A DNA stretch of 64,000 bases, from contig CAWCJW010000005.1 of the NCBI GenBank assembly GCA_963795765.1, positions 18,984 to 82,983 on the forward strand. The letters are read 5' to 3'. Positions within the stretch are counted from its first letter, which is position 1. Each line of letters starts with the position of its first letter. Position numbers and translations under genes: made by a program. This stretch comes from an uncultured Solirubrobacterales bacterium (GTDB lineage Bacteria; Actinomycetota; Thermoleophilia; Solirubrobacterales; 70-9). Below the pieces are notes generated by a model. That model was given only the letters and a program-made list of their open reading frames with translations. It did no database searches and was not told the origin of the DNA. Below, piece by piece: positions 35,938 to 44,940 of the stretch.

Positions 35938-37047
35938 TCAACCTGAGCGTAGATTGGCCCGGCAATGCCTGGCCTGCCTGCTGCGATGCCTTGCCTCGTT
36001 CTTGAGCAACGAAGAGCGCACGAGGAGGCGGTTGCCCTGTAGGCGCTGTGACTTCGAGTGAGCCGTGTGTCGCAACAAGTGAAGGCCGCGCCGCTGAGCG
36101 CTGGCGGCGCGGTGTCGCAGCGAACGCGCGGCTTTTGAGTAGTGACTGCAGCGATTGCTCTTCTTCTTGATCGGGATTACCCCTTCGCCGGGGTTGCTCG
36201 CCGTCGTGAACGAGAAGCGCTGTTGAAAGAGCTGTGCGCCCTCCATTGACCAGGTGACGATGGCTTCGTAGTGGCCCAGCGGCTTCAACGGCTGCGCCGG
36301 GACCAGGAAGGCCGAGGGCTGCGGCATGTAGCCGCCGATTTCTTCGTCGGTCGAGTCAACCACGCGCAGATCGACGGCGGTGCCGTTGTTGGCGAGCGTC
36401 GCGGTCGCGGTGACGTCCGGCCCATCGCTGGGATCGACACCGGCGAGATAGGCCAGGAGATAGCGCCCGGTCGTCGTCCCCTCGGGCAGGCCGACACGGT
36501 CACCCGGCACCATCGGCGACTCCGCGGCCCGCTCGCTCGGCACCACTCCGCTGACCCCATTGCCCGGATAGCTGTAGCCGGTAAGGATGGCGGGTTCGGG
36601 CCGCTTGTAGCCGGGCCAGGTAGTGGCACAGTCGTGATTGTCGTTCTCCGCCGCGCCCATTTCACTCAGCTGCGGCGCCAGCATCTGAATCAGGTGAATC
36701 GGCGCCTGCTCCCAGGGGTTGCCCTGGCTCCAACTGGAACCGCTGGCCAAGACGCTGTTCTTAGCCGCCCAGTCACCTTCTTCGCTGTAGTAGGGACTGC
36801 TGGGATCCTCGAAGTGTTCGAGCTTGCCTGTTTGGGCGCCGTAGTAGTTGTGCTTGGCGCAAGCTGCTGACCACGCGGGGTTCTCGATCAGGCCACCGGG
36901 AATCCCGTTCGCTTCGCGCTGCTGGCTGACCCGCTGGACGATTTCGGCGCCGCTGATCGCCGCCGCGCCGGCCGGGACGAGCAAGGCGCAGGCGCACGCC
37001 AGGACTACCAGGCTCATAACGTCCGCCGGCCTTTTTCCCCGTCTCAT
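35938..37047 (-). CDS. Secreted CAP/SCP-like domain protein with a very basic C-terminal tail
   Basis: Signal peptide (LVVLACACALLVPAGAAA). The N-terminal segment resembles CAP/YkwD domains (QQREANGIP...AACAKHNYY...IHLIQMLAP). The last 80 aa or so are R/K/H-rich and encoded by AT-richer DNA. The ATG overlaps the DsbA stop (ATGA). Confidence 0.5.
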   Translation of the reverse strand: MRRGKRPADVMSLVVLACACALLVPAGAAAISGAEIVQRVSQQREANGIPGGLIENPAWSAACAKHNYYGAQTGKLEHFEDPSSPYYSEEGDWAAKNSVLASGSSWSQGNPWEQAPIHLIQMLAPQLSEMGAAENDNHDCATTWPGYKRPEPAILTGYSYPGNGVSGVVPSERAAESPMVPGDRVGLPEGTTTGRYLLAYLAGVDPSDGPDVTATATLANNGTAVDLRVVDSTDEEIGGYMPQPSAFLVPAQPLKPLGHYEAIVTWSMEGAQLFQQRFSFTTASNPGEGVIPIKKKSNRCSHYSKAARSLRHRAASAQRRGLHLLRHTAHSKSQRLQGNRLLVRSSLLKNEARHRSRQARHCRANLRSG

Positions 37048-37811
37048 CCCCCCGCGCTTTCGATCGCCGATTCGAGCGCATCCGCCGAGCCCGGGGTTTC
37101 GATCGTTTCGACCCCGGCGGTCGCCGGCCCCTTAAGCGCAAACGACGGCGTCCCGGTGAAACCAAGGCTCTGAGCTTCAGCGGTCGTTGCTTCGACCTCC
37201 GCAATCACGGGCTTGCTCTTGCGCGCCCGGTTCCACTTGGCGATGTCGGGCACGCCGGCCGCCTTGGCGATCGCGGTGAGGAACTCGTCGTTGACGTAGT
37301 CCGAGTGCTCGGCGCCCTGATTGCGGTAGAAGATCTCGATGTAGTTCCAACCACGGCCCTGCTTGCCAGCGGCGATCGCGGCGGCGCCGGCAGGCGTTGA
37401 TCGCGAGTCGATAATGGTGAAGTTGCGGAAATCGATCTTCGCCGCGCCGCTTTGCACCTGGCTTTCGATGACTTGCGGCAAGACCCCTTCCGCGTACCCC
37501 TTGCAGACCGAGCACTGCAGATCGCCGAACTCGAGCACCGTCACCTCGGCCTTGGGGTCACCCAGCACCATCTCCTTCTGGGGAATGCCGGCAAGTTCCC
37601 GGCTGACCTCCTTGGCGTCGACGATGTTGCTGGCGTCGCCACCGCTGTTGCTACTGCTGACGACGATCAGCACCGCGACCACCACCAGGGCGAGGAAGGT
37701 GGCGGCGCTGGCTAGCTTGATCAACTGCTGACGGCGCTCCTCGGCGTCGGCCTGCTGCTCTTCAGGCAGGCGCTCTTCCCGTCGCGCCTCGCGATCACGG
37801 CGGCCACTCAC
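37044..37811 (-). CDS. DsbA-like thiol:disulfide oxidoreductase (membrane-anchored thioredoxin fold)
   Basis: TM anchor then FGDLQCSVCKGY (CxxC). GTG 37811 overlaps the VKOR stop (GTGA). The upstream part of ORF 37044..37895 overlaps the VKOR gene. Confidence 0.8.
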   Translation of the reverse strand: MSGRRDREARREERLPEEQQADAEERRQQLIKLASAATFLALVVVAVLIVVSSSNSGGDASNIVDAKEVSRELAGIPQKEMVLGDPKAEVTVLEFGDLQCSVCKGYAEGVLPQVIESQVQSGAAKIDFRNFTIIDSRSTPAGAAAIAAGKQGRGWNYIEIFYRNQGAEHSDYVNDEFLTAIAKAAGVPDIAKWNRARKSKPVIAEVEATTAEAQSLGFTGTPSFALKGPATAGVETIETPGSADALESAIESAGG

Positions 37812-38248
37812 GGCTCGGTTCCAACGTAGGCCAGCATGCGCACTGCATTGGTAACAAACAGCAGCGTCATCAGTACCGCGCTGGCCACGCACCACTGGCA
37901 GACCGCGTTGATCGTGAACAGCTCCAGGTAGGTCAAGTAGAGGCTGTAACCAAAACCGATCAGGGCGACGAGGAAGCCGGTCATGCGGAAGGCGTCGCCG
38001 CGCAGCAGTGCAGAGACGAGCAGCACTAGATATCCGGCGATGCCGAAGATCGCGATGTTGACCCCGGCCAGGTGCGAGTAGGAGCTTTCGGCAACCGTCT
38101 GACAGCCGTGGCCGCCAGCGATGCAGACCGGCGAGCCGCCACCGGAGTCGGCGATCGCGATGTAGGTGGCGACGCCGACGCCAAAGGTGGCGAGGAAAGT
38201 GGCGATGCCCCGCAATGTCCCCTCGGCTGGTGCCTTCATGCCCGCCAC
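37808..38248 (-). CDS. Vitamin K epoxide reductase (VKOR) family protein
   Basis: Four TM segments, loop Cys pair (VCIAGGHGC) and CQWC active-site motif. Confidence 0.8.
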   Translation of the reverse strand: MAGMKAPAEGTLRGIATFLATFGVGVATYIAIADSGGGSPVCIAGGHGCQTVAESSYSHLAGVNIAIFGIAGYLVLLVSALLRGDAFRMTGFLVALIGFGYSLYLTYLELFTINAVCQWCVASAVLMTLLFVTNAVRMLAYVGTEP

Positions 38249-38274
38249 GCTATTGGACGCACCTTAGGAAAAAG

Positions 38275-39135
38275 CTAAGGACCAGCCCGCAGCCTCTCCC
38301 GCACTGCCGGCTCAGCGCAAAACGCCTCGATCTCGCGCGAGAGCCGCCCTCCCTGCCAGGCCAGGGGCGACTGCCCCTCGGCCTCGCTGATCAGTCGCGC
38401 GGCGGGAATTCGCTCGGCGTAAGTCTCCGCAACCGCGTAAGGATGGCCGGGATCGGCCTCGTCGCGGCTCGCCACGACCAAGGTTGGCACCGCAAGGGCC
38501 TCGAGCTCTGCCATCGCCTCGAACGGCCTAGATCGCGGCACCTGCCGCAGCGTCGCAACCACGGCGCCGAGGTGGCGGTGGCGTTCCATTCGTTCGCGGG
38601 TGAAGCGCAGCACCGCGTCGCGCCAGCGCGGATCGATCGCCTGGAAGCGGTCGATATAGCTGACGAAGCCATCGATGCCGTCCTGCTCGAGCGCGCTGGC
38701 AAGACCGTCCCAGTAGCGCAGCGAATCGGCCCCGATCGTGCCCTCGTAGGACGGCCCGATTACGACCAGTCCGGCCAAGCGGTCCGGATCGGCCAGGGCG
38801 AGAGCGACCGCGGTGTGGGCGCCCATCGAGTGGCCAGCAACGACGACGCGCCCCCCTCCCACCTCACCGACGATCACCGCGCCGAGGTCCCCCCTCAGCT
38901 GCGGGTATCCATAACCAGCGTCCGGCGGGGCGGGGTCGGACTCGCCGTGGCCGCGCGCGTCGTAGCTGACCACCCGGTGGCCCGCCCGCTCCAACCGCCG
39001 CGAGCCGTGGATCACCGACTGCCGCGTCGCGGTAATGCCGTGGCAGAGCACGATCGCCGCACCCTCCCCCACCACCTCGCCACGAATCGCCGGTTCACTG
39101 CCGACGCTGAACGCGGCCGCCTGCGGCGGCATCAA
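38275..39135 (-). CDS. Alpha/beta hydrolase
   Basis: GHSMGA nucleophile elbow (GxSxG) and HG oxyanion motif (VLCHGITA). Confidence 0.8.
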   Translation of the reverse strand: MMPPQAAAFSVGSEPAIRGEVVGEGAAIVLCHGITATRQSVIHGSRRLERAGHRVVSYDARGHGESDPAPPDAGYGYPQLRGDLGAVIVGEVGGGRVVVAGHSMGAHTAVALALADPDRLAGLVVIGPSYEGTIGADSLRYWDGLASALEQDGIDGFVSYIDRFQAIDPRWRDAVLRFTRERMERHRHLGAVVATLRQVPRSRPFEAMAELEALAVPTLVVASRDEADPGHPYAVAETYAERIPAARLISEAEGQSPLAWQGGRLSREIEAFCAEPAVRERLRAGP

Positions 39136-39584
39136 GCGACGGCGGCGACTGCCTGCTCGAGATCGTCGACCGACTCGAAGCTGAGGCCGACCAGCGTCAC
39201 CTTGCGGTGGCGGATGATGCCCTGCTCGTCGATGACGAAGATCGCCCGCCGCACCATCGGCCCGGCGAGCACGCCGTAGGCCTTGGCGACCGACTTGTCC
39301 TCGTCGGCGAGCAGCGGCACGTTGAGGCTCTTCTCCTGGGTGAAGCGCTCGTGTGACTCGACCGATTGGGGCGAGATCCCCAGCACATCGGCGCCGATCT
39401 GGTCGAGCTTCTCGCTCTGGTCGCGGTAGGAGCAGAACTGCTTGGTGCAGACGGCGGTGAAATCACCCGGATAGAAGGCAAGCACGAGCTTGCGCCCGCG
39501 GTAATCGCTGAGCTTGTACGTCTTGCCGCCGGTACCCGGCAGCTCGAAATCCGGTGCCGCATCTCCTACGTCGACCTTGGCCAC
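39132..39584 (-). CDS. bcp: Peroxiredoxin (Bcp / AhpC-TSA family)
   Basis: [17 protein letters not shown] peroxidatic Cys context. 150 aa. Confidence 0.9.
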   Translation of the reverse strand: MAKVDVGDAAPDFELPGTGGKTYKLSDYRGRKLVLAFYPGDFTAVCTKQFCSYRDQSEKLDQIGADVLGISPQSVESHERFTQEKSLNVPLLADEDKSVAKAYGVLAGPMVRRAIFVIDEQGIIRHRKVTLVGLSFESVDDLEQAVAAVA

Positions 39585-39602
39585 GAGGTCAGACTAGTCC
39601 AG

Positions 39603-40286
39603 TCAGCCCTTTTCAATGGTGATCTTTTCGATCAGCACCGTCTGTTTTGGTTTTTCGGCCGCCGTGCCCAGCTTGCCGATGCGCTCGACTACGTCGATGC
39701 CCTTGTCGACCTTGCCGAGGAGGGCGTATTCGGGCGGCAGGCCGGCATCGGCGCCGGTGATGACGAAGAACTGGCTGCCGGAGCTGCCGGGTGGCTCGGC
39801 GGAGCTCTTCGCCATCGCTACGACGCCTTTGGTGTAGGCGAGGTTGGCGGGAGGCTTCTCAACCACCGTGTAGCCGGGGCCGCCACTGCCGTTGCCAAGC
39901 GGATCGCCGCCCTGGATCACGAAACCCGGAGCGATGCGGTGGAAGGTGAGGTCATCGTAGAAACCTTCTTCGCTGAGGAAGACGAAGGAGTTGACCGTCT
40001 TCGGCGCCTTGCTCGAGTCGAGCGCGATCTCGAATTCGCCGCAGCTCGTCTGCACCGCCGCGGTCAGCTTTTCGCCCTTCTTCACGGTCTGGGGCGGCGC
40101 TTTGAGGCTGACTTCCTTCGGCGCTGGCGCTTCTACTTCCTTACAGCCACCGGAGCTCGCTGTGGTCTTCGATGAGTCGTCGCTGCCGCCACTGCGACTG
40201 ATCAAGATCGCCCCGACAACGACGACCGCCACAACCGCGAAACCGGCAAGGATGAACAAGCGGCGGTCTGTCCCTTCCTCCTGCAT
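39603..40286 (-). CDS. Membrane-anchored cyclophilin-type peptidyl-prolyl isomerase
   Basis: N-terminal TM segment plus FHRIAPGFVIQGGDP and SQFFI motifs. Confidence 0.9.
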   Translation of the reverse strand: MQEEGTDRRLFILAGFAVVAVVVVGAILISRSGGSDDSSKTTASSGGCKEVEAPAPKEVSLKAPPQTVKKGEKLTAAVQTSCGEFEIALDSSKAPKTVNSFVFLSEEGFYDDLTFHRIAPGFVIQGGDPLGNGSGGPGYTVVEKPPANLAYTKGVVAMAKSSAEPPGSSGSQFFVITGADAGLPPEYALLGKVDKGIDVVERIGKLGTAAEKPKQTVLIEKITIEKG

Positions 40287-40342
40287 CGGTCGAGAAGCCT
40301 AGAGGATTCGCTGTCGACGGTGGCAGTTGCGATCATCGCGCC

Positions 40343-40765
40343 GTGCCCGATTCCGCCCTAACCCGGCTCGCCAGCGCTGTACTCGCGGTGCCGAAGCCCA
40401 AGCGGGCGCTCGTTTTTGGCTGCGGCGACGGCGAGCCGGTGTTGTTCCTCGCCCGCGAGTTCCCCTCGGCGCGGGTACGCGGCGTCGATCCGTCCGCCGA
40501 GCTGGTGCGGGCAGCGAGCGCCCGGGTCGGTCTCGACCCCGAGGGTCGGGTCGTGTTCAAGCAGGCGAAGCCCGGCAAGCTCCCCTTCCCCGATGACTTC
40601 TTCGACCTGGTCGTGATCTTCGAAGGCCACCCGGCGCCGAACGAGATCGGCCGCGTCATGCATTCCGAGGCACGCCTGATCCTCGCCTCTGCCCCGCCTG
40701 CAGGAAGACTTGCGGGTGCAAGGGATCGGCTCTGGCGCAGGCGCCTCCCCCAGCCCGGCATTTAG
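40343..40765 (+). CDS. Small class I SAM-dependent methyltransferase domain protein
   Basis: Motif I ALVFGCGDG, then VRGVDPS and FDLVV. Only 140 aa. Confidence 0.55.
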   Translation: MPDSALTRLASAVLAVPKPKRALVFGCGDGEPVLFLAREFPSARVRGVDPSAELVRAASARVGLDPEGRVVFKQAKPGKLPFPDDFFDLVVIFEGHPAPNEIGRVMHSEARLILASAPPAGRLAGARDRLWRRRLPQPGI

Positions 40766-40777
40766 GCTGCGACGCGG

Positions 40778-41677
40778 ATGGAGATCGAGGGCATGCCGCT
40801 GACTTTGTTGGTCAATCCCGCCTCGGCGCATGGGCGGACGCTGAAGCTGCTGCCGCTGGTCGAGCAGGAGCTCGACGAGCGCCGGATTCCGTTTCGGGTA
40901 GAGCGCACCCGCGGCCTCGAGGACGGCGTCGAGCGCGCTCTGCGCGCGGTCGAGGCCAACGAGGTTCCGGTTGTGATCAGCGGAGATGGCCTGGTGGGCG
41001 CCATTGGCGGCGCGATGGCGGGCTCAGAGACGCCACTGGGAATCATCCCCGGGGGCCGTGGCAACGACCTCGCCCGGGTGCTCGGCATTCCCGATGACCC
41101 AGTTGCTGCCGTGGCGGTGCTTGCCGCGGGTGAGAGTCGGCGGATCGATGTCGGCGAGGCCAACGGTCAGCGTTTCCTCGGCATCATCAGCGTTGGCTTC
41201 GACTCAGAATGCAACCGCTTGGCCAACGAAGTCAAGATCATCCGCAGCAACCTGGTCTACGTCTACTCGCTGTTTCGCACCCTGCTCACCTGGAAACCCG
41301 CGCGCTTCACGATCCGCAGTGAGAGCGAACGAGTTCGCACCAGCGGCTACTCGATCTCGGTCGCCAACAACAGCACTTTTGGCGGTGGCATGCGGATTGC
41401 GCCCGAGGCGGAGCTGGACGATGGACTGCTCGATGTGATCACAGTCGGCGAGGTCGGCAAGCTGCGCTTCGTGGCTAACCTGCGCAAGGTGTTCAACGGC
41501 ACTCATATCGACGACGAGCAGGTGAGCATGTTTCGCGCCGCTCGGGTGGAAATCTCCGCGAGCCGTCCCTTTCCCGTCTACGCCGACGGCGAGCACCTGA
41601 CCGAACTCCCGGTCTCGGTTCGCGTCTTGCCGCGCGCGCTCAGCGTGCTCGCACCTGCCACCGCCGCCGGGGCCTGA
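40778..41677 (+). CDS. Diacylglycerol/lipid kinase (DagK catalytic domain, YegS/BmrU family)
   Basis: LLVNPASAHG and ISGDGLVGAIGG motifs. 299 aa. Confidence 0.85.
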   Translation: MEIEGMPLTLLVNPASAHGRTLKLLPLVEQELDERRIPFRVERTRGLEDGVERALRAVEANEVPVVISGDGLVGAIGGAMAGSETPLGIIPGGRGNDLARVLGIPDDPVAAVAVLAAGESRRIDVGEANGQRFLGIISVGFDSECNRLANEVKIIRSNLVYVYSLFRTLLTWKPARFTIRSESERVRTSGYSISVANNSTFGGGMRIAPEAELDDGLLDVITVGEVGKLRFVANLRKVFNGTHIDDEQVSMFRAARVEISASRPFPVYADGEHLTELPVSVRVLPRALSVLAPATAAGA

Positions 41678-43045
41678 GTGCTGTTCGGCGCCAAGCTCAG
41701 CGCGGCGCGCGCGGTCGGCGCCGCCAGTCGCGCCAGCGGGCGCGGCGGCGGTACGACGCTGCCGGGCCGCCTGCTGCTGCGGCTCGCCCCCGATGCGCTC
41801 GCCCGCCTCGGTCAGCGCCTCGACCCCACGGCGATCGTCAGCGCGACCAACGGCAAGACGACGACCGCCGGCATGATCGCCGCGGCGCTCGCGGCCGATG
41901 GTCGCCATCCGGTTCACAACCGAGCCGGCTCGAACATGACCTGGGGCGTTGCCACGGCTTTGCTCGAGCAGGAAGGCAAGGAGGGACTCTTCGAGGTCGA
42001 TGAGGCCTGGCTGCCAAAGGTGGCGGCGCAGCTCGACCCCTCTTTGCTCGTACTCGGCAACCTCTTCCGCGATCAGCTCGACCGCTATGGCGAGATGGAG
42101 ACGCTGGCCGCCGGCTGGGGGGAGACCGTCGCCTCGCGCAGCGGCCGCACTCGCTTCGCCCTCAACGCCGACGACCCGACGATTGCCGACCTCGGGCGCG
42201 AGCAGAGCGGCGAGCCGCGCCAGGGCGTCGTCTACTTCGGCATCGAGGACGCCTCCCAGGCACTGCCCGAGCTCCAACACGCCTTCGACGCCAAGCACTG
42301 CCGCCGCTGTGGCCATCCCTACGCCTACGAGCGCGCCTTCGTCGGTCACCTCGGCCACTACTCCTGCCCCAACTGCGGCGCCACTCGGCCGCGCCCCGAC
42401 GTCGCCGCCACGGCGATCGAGCTGCACGGGATGGCGGGCTCCGAGGTGACCCTGCGCACGCCGCAGGGCGAGATGCGGCTGCAGCTGCCGCTGCCTGGCC
42501 TCTACAACGTCTACAACGCCCTCGCCGCGGTCACTGCTGCGCTCGAGCTGGGCGTGCCGCCGACGACGATCTCGAGCTCGCTGCGGACGATGCGAGCGGC
42601 CTTTGGCCGGGTCGAGACAATCGAGGTCGACGCCACGTCGCTCTCGATCCTGCTGATCAAGAACCCGGCCGGCGCCAACGAGGTCCTGCGCACCCTCCTG
42701 CTCGAGGCCGGCGAGGAGAAGCTCGACCTCTGGATTGGCCTCAACGACCGGATCGCCGACGGTCGCGACGTCTCCTGGGTCTGGGACGCGGACTTCGAGC
42801 TGCTCGCCGCGGGCATTCGGCGCGTCGTCTGCGCCGGCACGCGCGCCCCGGAGATGGCCCTGCGGCTGAAGTACGCCGGCTGGCCAGAGCAGGCGATCGA
42901 GGTCGAGGCGGGGATTGAGGGCTCGCTTGATCGAGCGCTCGCGGCCAGCCCCAGGCGCCTCTTCGCCCTGCCCACCTACACCGCGCTGCTGGAGCTGCGC
43001 AAGCTGCTCGCCGCGCGCGGGCTCGCCAAGGAGTTCTGGCGGTGA
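41678..43045 (+). CDS. murT: Lipid II isoglutaminyl synthase ligase subunit MurT
   Basis: Mur-ligase P-loop SATNGKTTT, Cys4 ribbon CRRCGHPY...YSCPNCG, and a C-terminal DUF1727-like region. The partner gatD lies downstream. Confidence 0.85.
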   Translation: MLFGAKLSAARAVGAASRASGRGGGTTLPGRLLLRLAPDALARLGQRLDPTAIVSATNGKTTTAGMIAAALAADGRHPVHNRAGSNMTWGVATALLEQEGKEGLFEVDEAWLPKVAAQLDPSLLVLGNLFRDQLDRYGEMETLAAGWGETVASRSGRTRFALNADDPTIADLGREQSGEPRQGVVYFGIEDASQALPELQHAFDAKHCRRCGHPYAYERAFVGHLGHYSCPNCGATRPRPDVAATAIELHGMAGSEVTLRTPQGEMRLQLPLPGLYNVYNALAAVTAALELGVPPTTISSSLRTMRAAFGRVETIEVDATSLSILLIKNPAGANEVLRTLLLEAGEEKLDLWIGLNDRIADGRDVSWVWDADFELLAAGIRRVVCAGTRAPEMALRLKYAGWPEQAIEVEAGIEGSLDRALAASPRRLFALPTYTALLELRKLLAARGLAKEFWR

Positions 43046-43767
43046 ACGACCTGATCTGGCATGAAGTCGAGTGCGGCAGCTACAGCGCCGACCTCGCCCT
43101 CTGGGAGGAGCTCGCCGACCAGACCGACAAGCCGATCATGGAGCTCGGCTGCGGCGCCGGGCGCGTCACCCTGCACCTGGCCCGCCGCGAAGCGACCTTG
43201 GTGATCGGCGTCGACTGGGACCCCGAGCTGGTGGCGGCGATCTGGGAACGCTCCGGCAAGCTCGCCGGCGACGCCGAGGTCGGCGACGTGCGCGACTTCG
43301 AGTTCGCGACCAAGTTCAGCCTCGTGATCGCGCCGATGCAACTGATCCAGCTGCTTGCCAGCAGCCAGGACCGCATCGCCTGCCTCTCCTCCGCAGTCGA
43401 AAACATGCTGCCGGGCGGGCGGGCGGCATTCGCGATCGTCGAGGAGATGCCGGCGATCGCGCCCGCGGGCAATAGCGCGCCGCCGCTACCCGACGTGCGC
43501 CAGATCGAAGGCTGGATCTACTCCAGCCTGCCCCTGGAGCCGGTCGCCCTGCCGGACGCGATTCTGCTCCGCCGCCTGCGCCAGACGGTCGACCCCGACG
43601 GCAACATGAGCGAGGAGCTGAACGAGATCGAGCTCTCGATGCTCTCGGCGGAGACGCTCGAAGAAGAGGGTCGTGTCGTCGGCCTGCGGCCGGCCGGCCG
43701 GCGCGAGATACCGTCGACCGAAGCCCACGTCGGCTCCACCGTCGTCCTCTTCGAGAAGGAGTCCTGA
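43042..43767 (+). CDS. Class I SAM-dependent methyltransferase inserted between murT and gatD
   Basis: Motif I MELGCGAGR, then LVIGVDWD. GTG 43042 overlaps the murT stop (GTGA), and its stop shares one nt with the gatD ATG (TGATG). Confidence 0.75.
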   Translation: MNDLIWHEVECGSYSADLALWEELADQTDKPIMELGCGAGRVTLHLARREATLVIGVDWDPELVAAIWERSGKLAGDAEVGDVRDFEFATKFSLVIAPMQLIQLLASSQDRIACLSSAVENMLPGGRAAFAIVEEMPAIAPAGNSAPPLPDVRQIEGWIYSSLPLEPVALPDAILLRRLRQTVDPDGNMSEELNEIELSMLSAETLEEEGRVVGLRPAGRREIPSTEAHVGSTVVLFEKES

Positions 43768-44501
43768 TGGAGCTCCGCTTCCTCGCGCTCTACCCGGAGC
43801 AAATGAACATCTACGCCGACCGCGGCAACGTCCTCTTCCTGCAGCGGCGCTGCGAGTGGCGCGGGATTGGCTTTGCCTACACCAGCGCCGGCCCGGGCGA
43901 GGAGTTCGATCCGTCCGCGCACGACTTCATCTACCTCGGCGGCGGCCAGGATCGCGACCAGCGCGCCGTCGCCGCCGACATGGTTGAGAGCAAGCGCGCC
44001 GCGATGGCCACGGCAACCGAGGACGGTGCCGTCGTGCTCGCTGTCTGCGGCGGTTACCAGCTACTCGGCAGCAGCTACCAGCTCGATCAGGAGAGCTTGC
44101 CGGGACTCGACCTGGTCGAACTCGAGACCGTGCGCAGCGAGGGCCCACGGCTGATCGGCAACGTCGCGATCGAGGTCGATCTCGGTGGCGAGCCGCAGGT
44201 CCTCGCCGGCTTCGAGAACCACGGCGGGCGGACCCATCTAGGGGGCAACGCGACGCCCCTGGGCAAGGTGCTGAAGGGGTTTGGCAACAACGGTGAGGAT
44301 GGTTTTGAGGGAGTGCGCCACCGCAACCTGATCGGCACCTACCTGCACGGCCCGCTGCTGCCCAAGAACGCTTGGTTAGCCGACTACCTGATCGCCCTCG
44401 CCTTGGAGCGCCGCTATGGCGAGCGCCCTGAGTTGGAGCCACTCGATGACACGCTCGAGCGCGCCGCCCACGAGGCGGCGCGACGGGCAGCGCTGGCTTA
44501 G
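43767..44501 (+). CDS. gatD: Lipid II isoglutaminyl synthase glutaminase subunit GatD (CobQ-type GATase)
   Basis: YADRGNV, catalytic Cys in LAVCGGYQLLG, and GTYLHGP motifs. Confidence 0.85.
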   Translation: MELRFLALYPEQMNIYADRGNVLFLQRRCEWRGIGFAYTSAGPGEEFDPSAHDFIYLGGGQDRDQRAVAADMVESKRAAMATATEDGAVVLAVCGGYQLLGSSYQLDQESLPGLDLVELETVRSEGPRLIGNVAIEVDLGGEPQVLAGFENHGGRTHLGGNATPLGKVLKGFGNNGEDGFEGVRHRNLIGTYLHGPLLPKNAWLADYLIALALERRYGERPELEPLDDTLERAAHEAARRAALA

Positions 44502-44938
44502 CGGCCGCTGGAGCCGAAGCCGCCGTCGCCGCGAGCGGACTCGGCCAGGGCCTCCGCCTCGACCACCTCGGCCAGGGCGATCGGGGTGATCACCAGCTGG
44601 GCGATGCGATCGCCGGGCGCGACCCGGAAGACCTCGGCCGGGTCGGTGTTGAGCAGGAGCACCCGGATCTCGCCGCGATAGCCGGCGTCGATCAGGCCGG
44701 GGCTGTTGACCAAAGTGATGCCGTGGCGCTTGGCCAGGCCGGAGCGGGGCAAAACGAGCCCGGCGTGCCCGTCGGGGATCTCGACCGCGACCCCGGTGCC
44801 GATGCTCCAGCGCTCCCCCGGCCCGATGTGGGCGGCCTCGCAGGCGTAGAGGTCCAGCCCGGCGTCGCCCTCGTGGGCGCGGCTTGGCAGCACGGCGTCG
44901 TCGTTGAGTCTCGCGATCGGCAGCTTCACGGGGCGCAA
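44498..44938 (-). CDS. dut: dUTP diphosphatase
   Basis: AGLDL, PGLIDAGYRGEI and RGDGGFGSSG motifs. Confidence 0.9.
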   Translation of the reverse strand: MRPVKLPIARLNDDAVLPSRAHEGDAGLDLYACEAAHIGPGERWSIGTGVAVEIPDGHAGLVLPRSGLAKRHGITLVNSPGLIDAGYRGEIRVLLLNTDPAEVFRVAPGDRIAQLVITPIALAEVVEAEALAESARGDGGFGSSGR

Positions 44939-44940
44939 CC

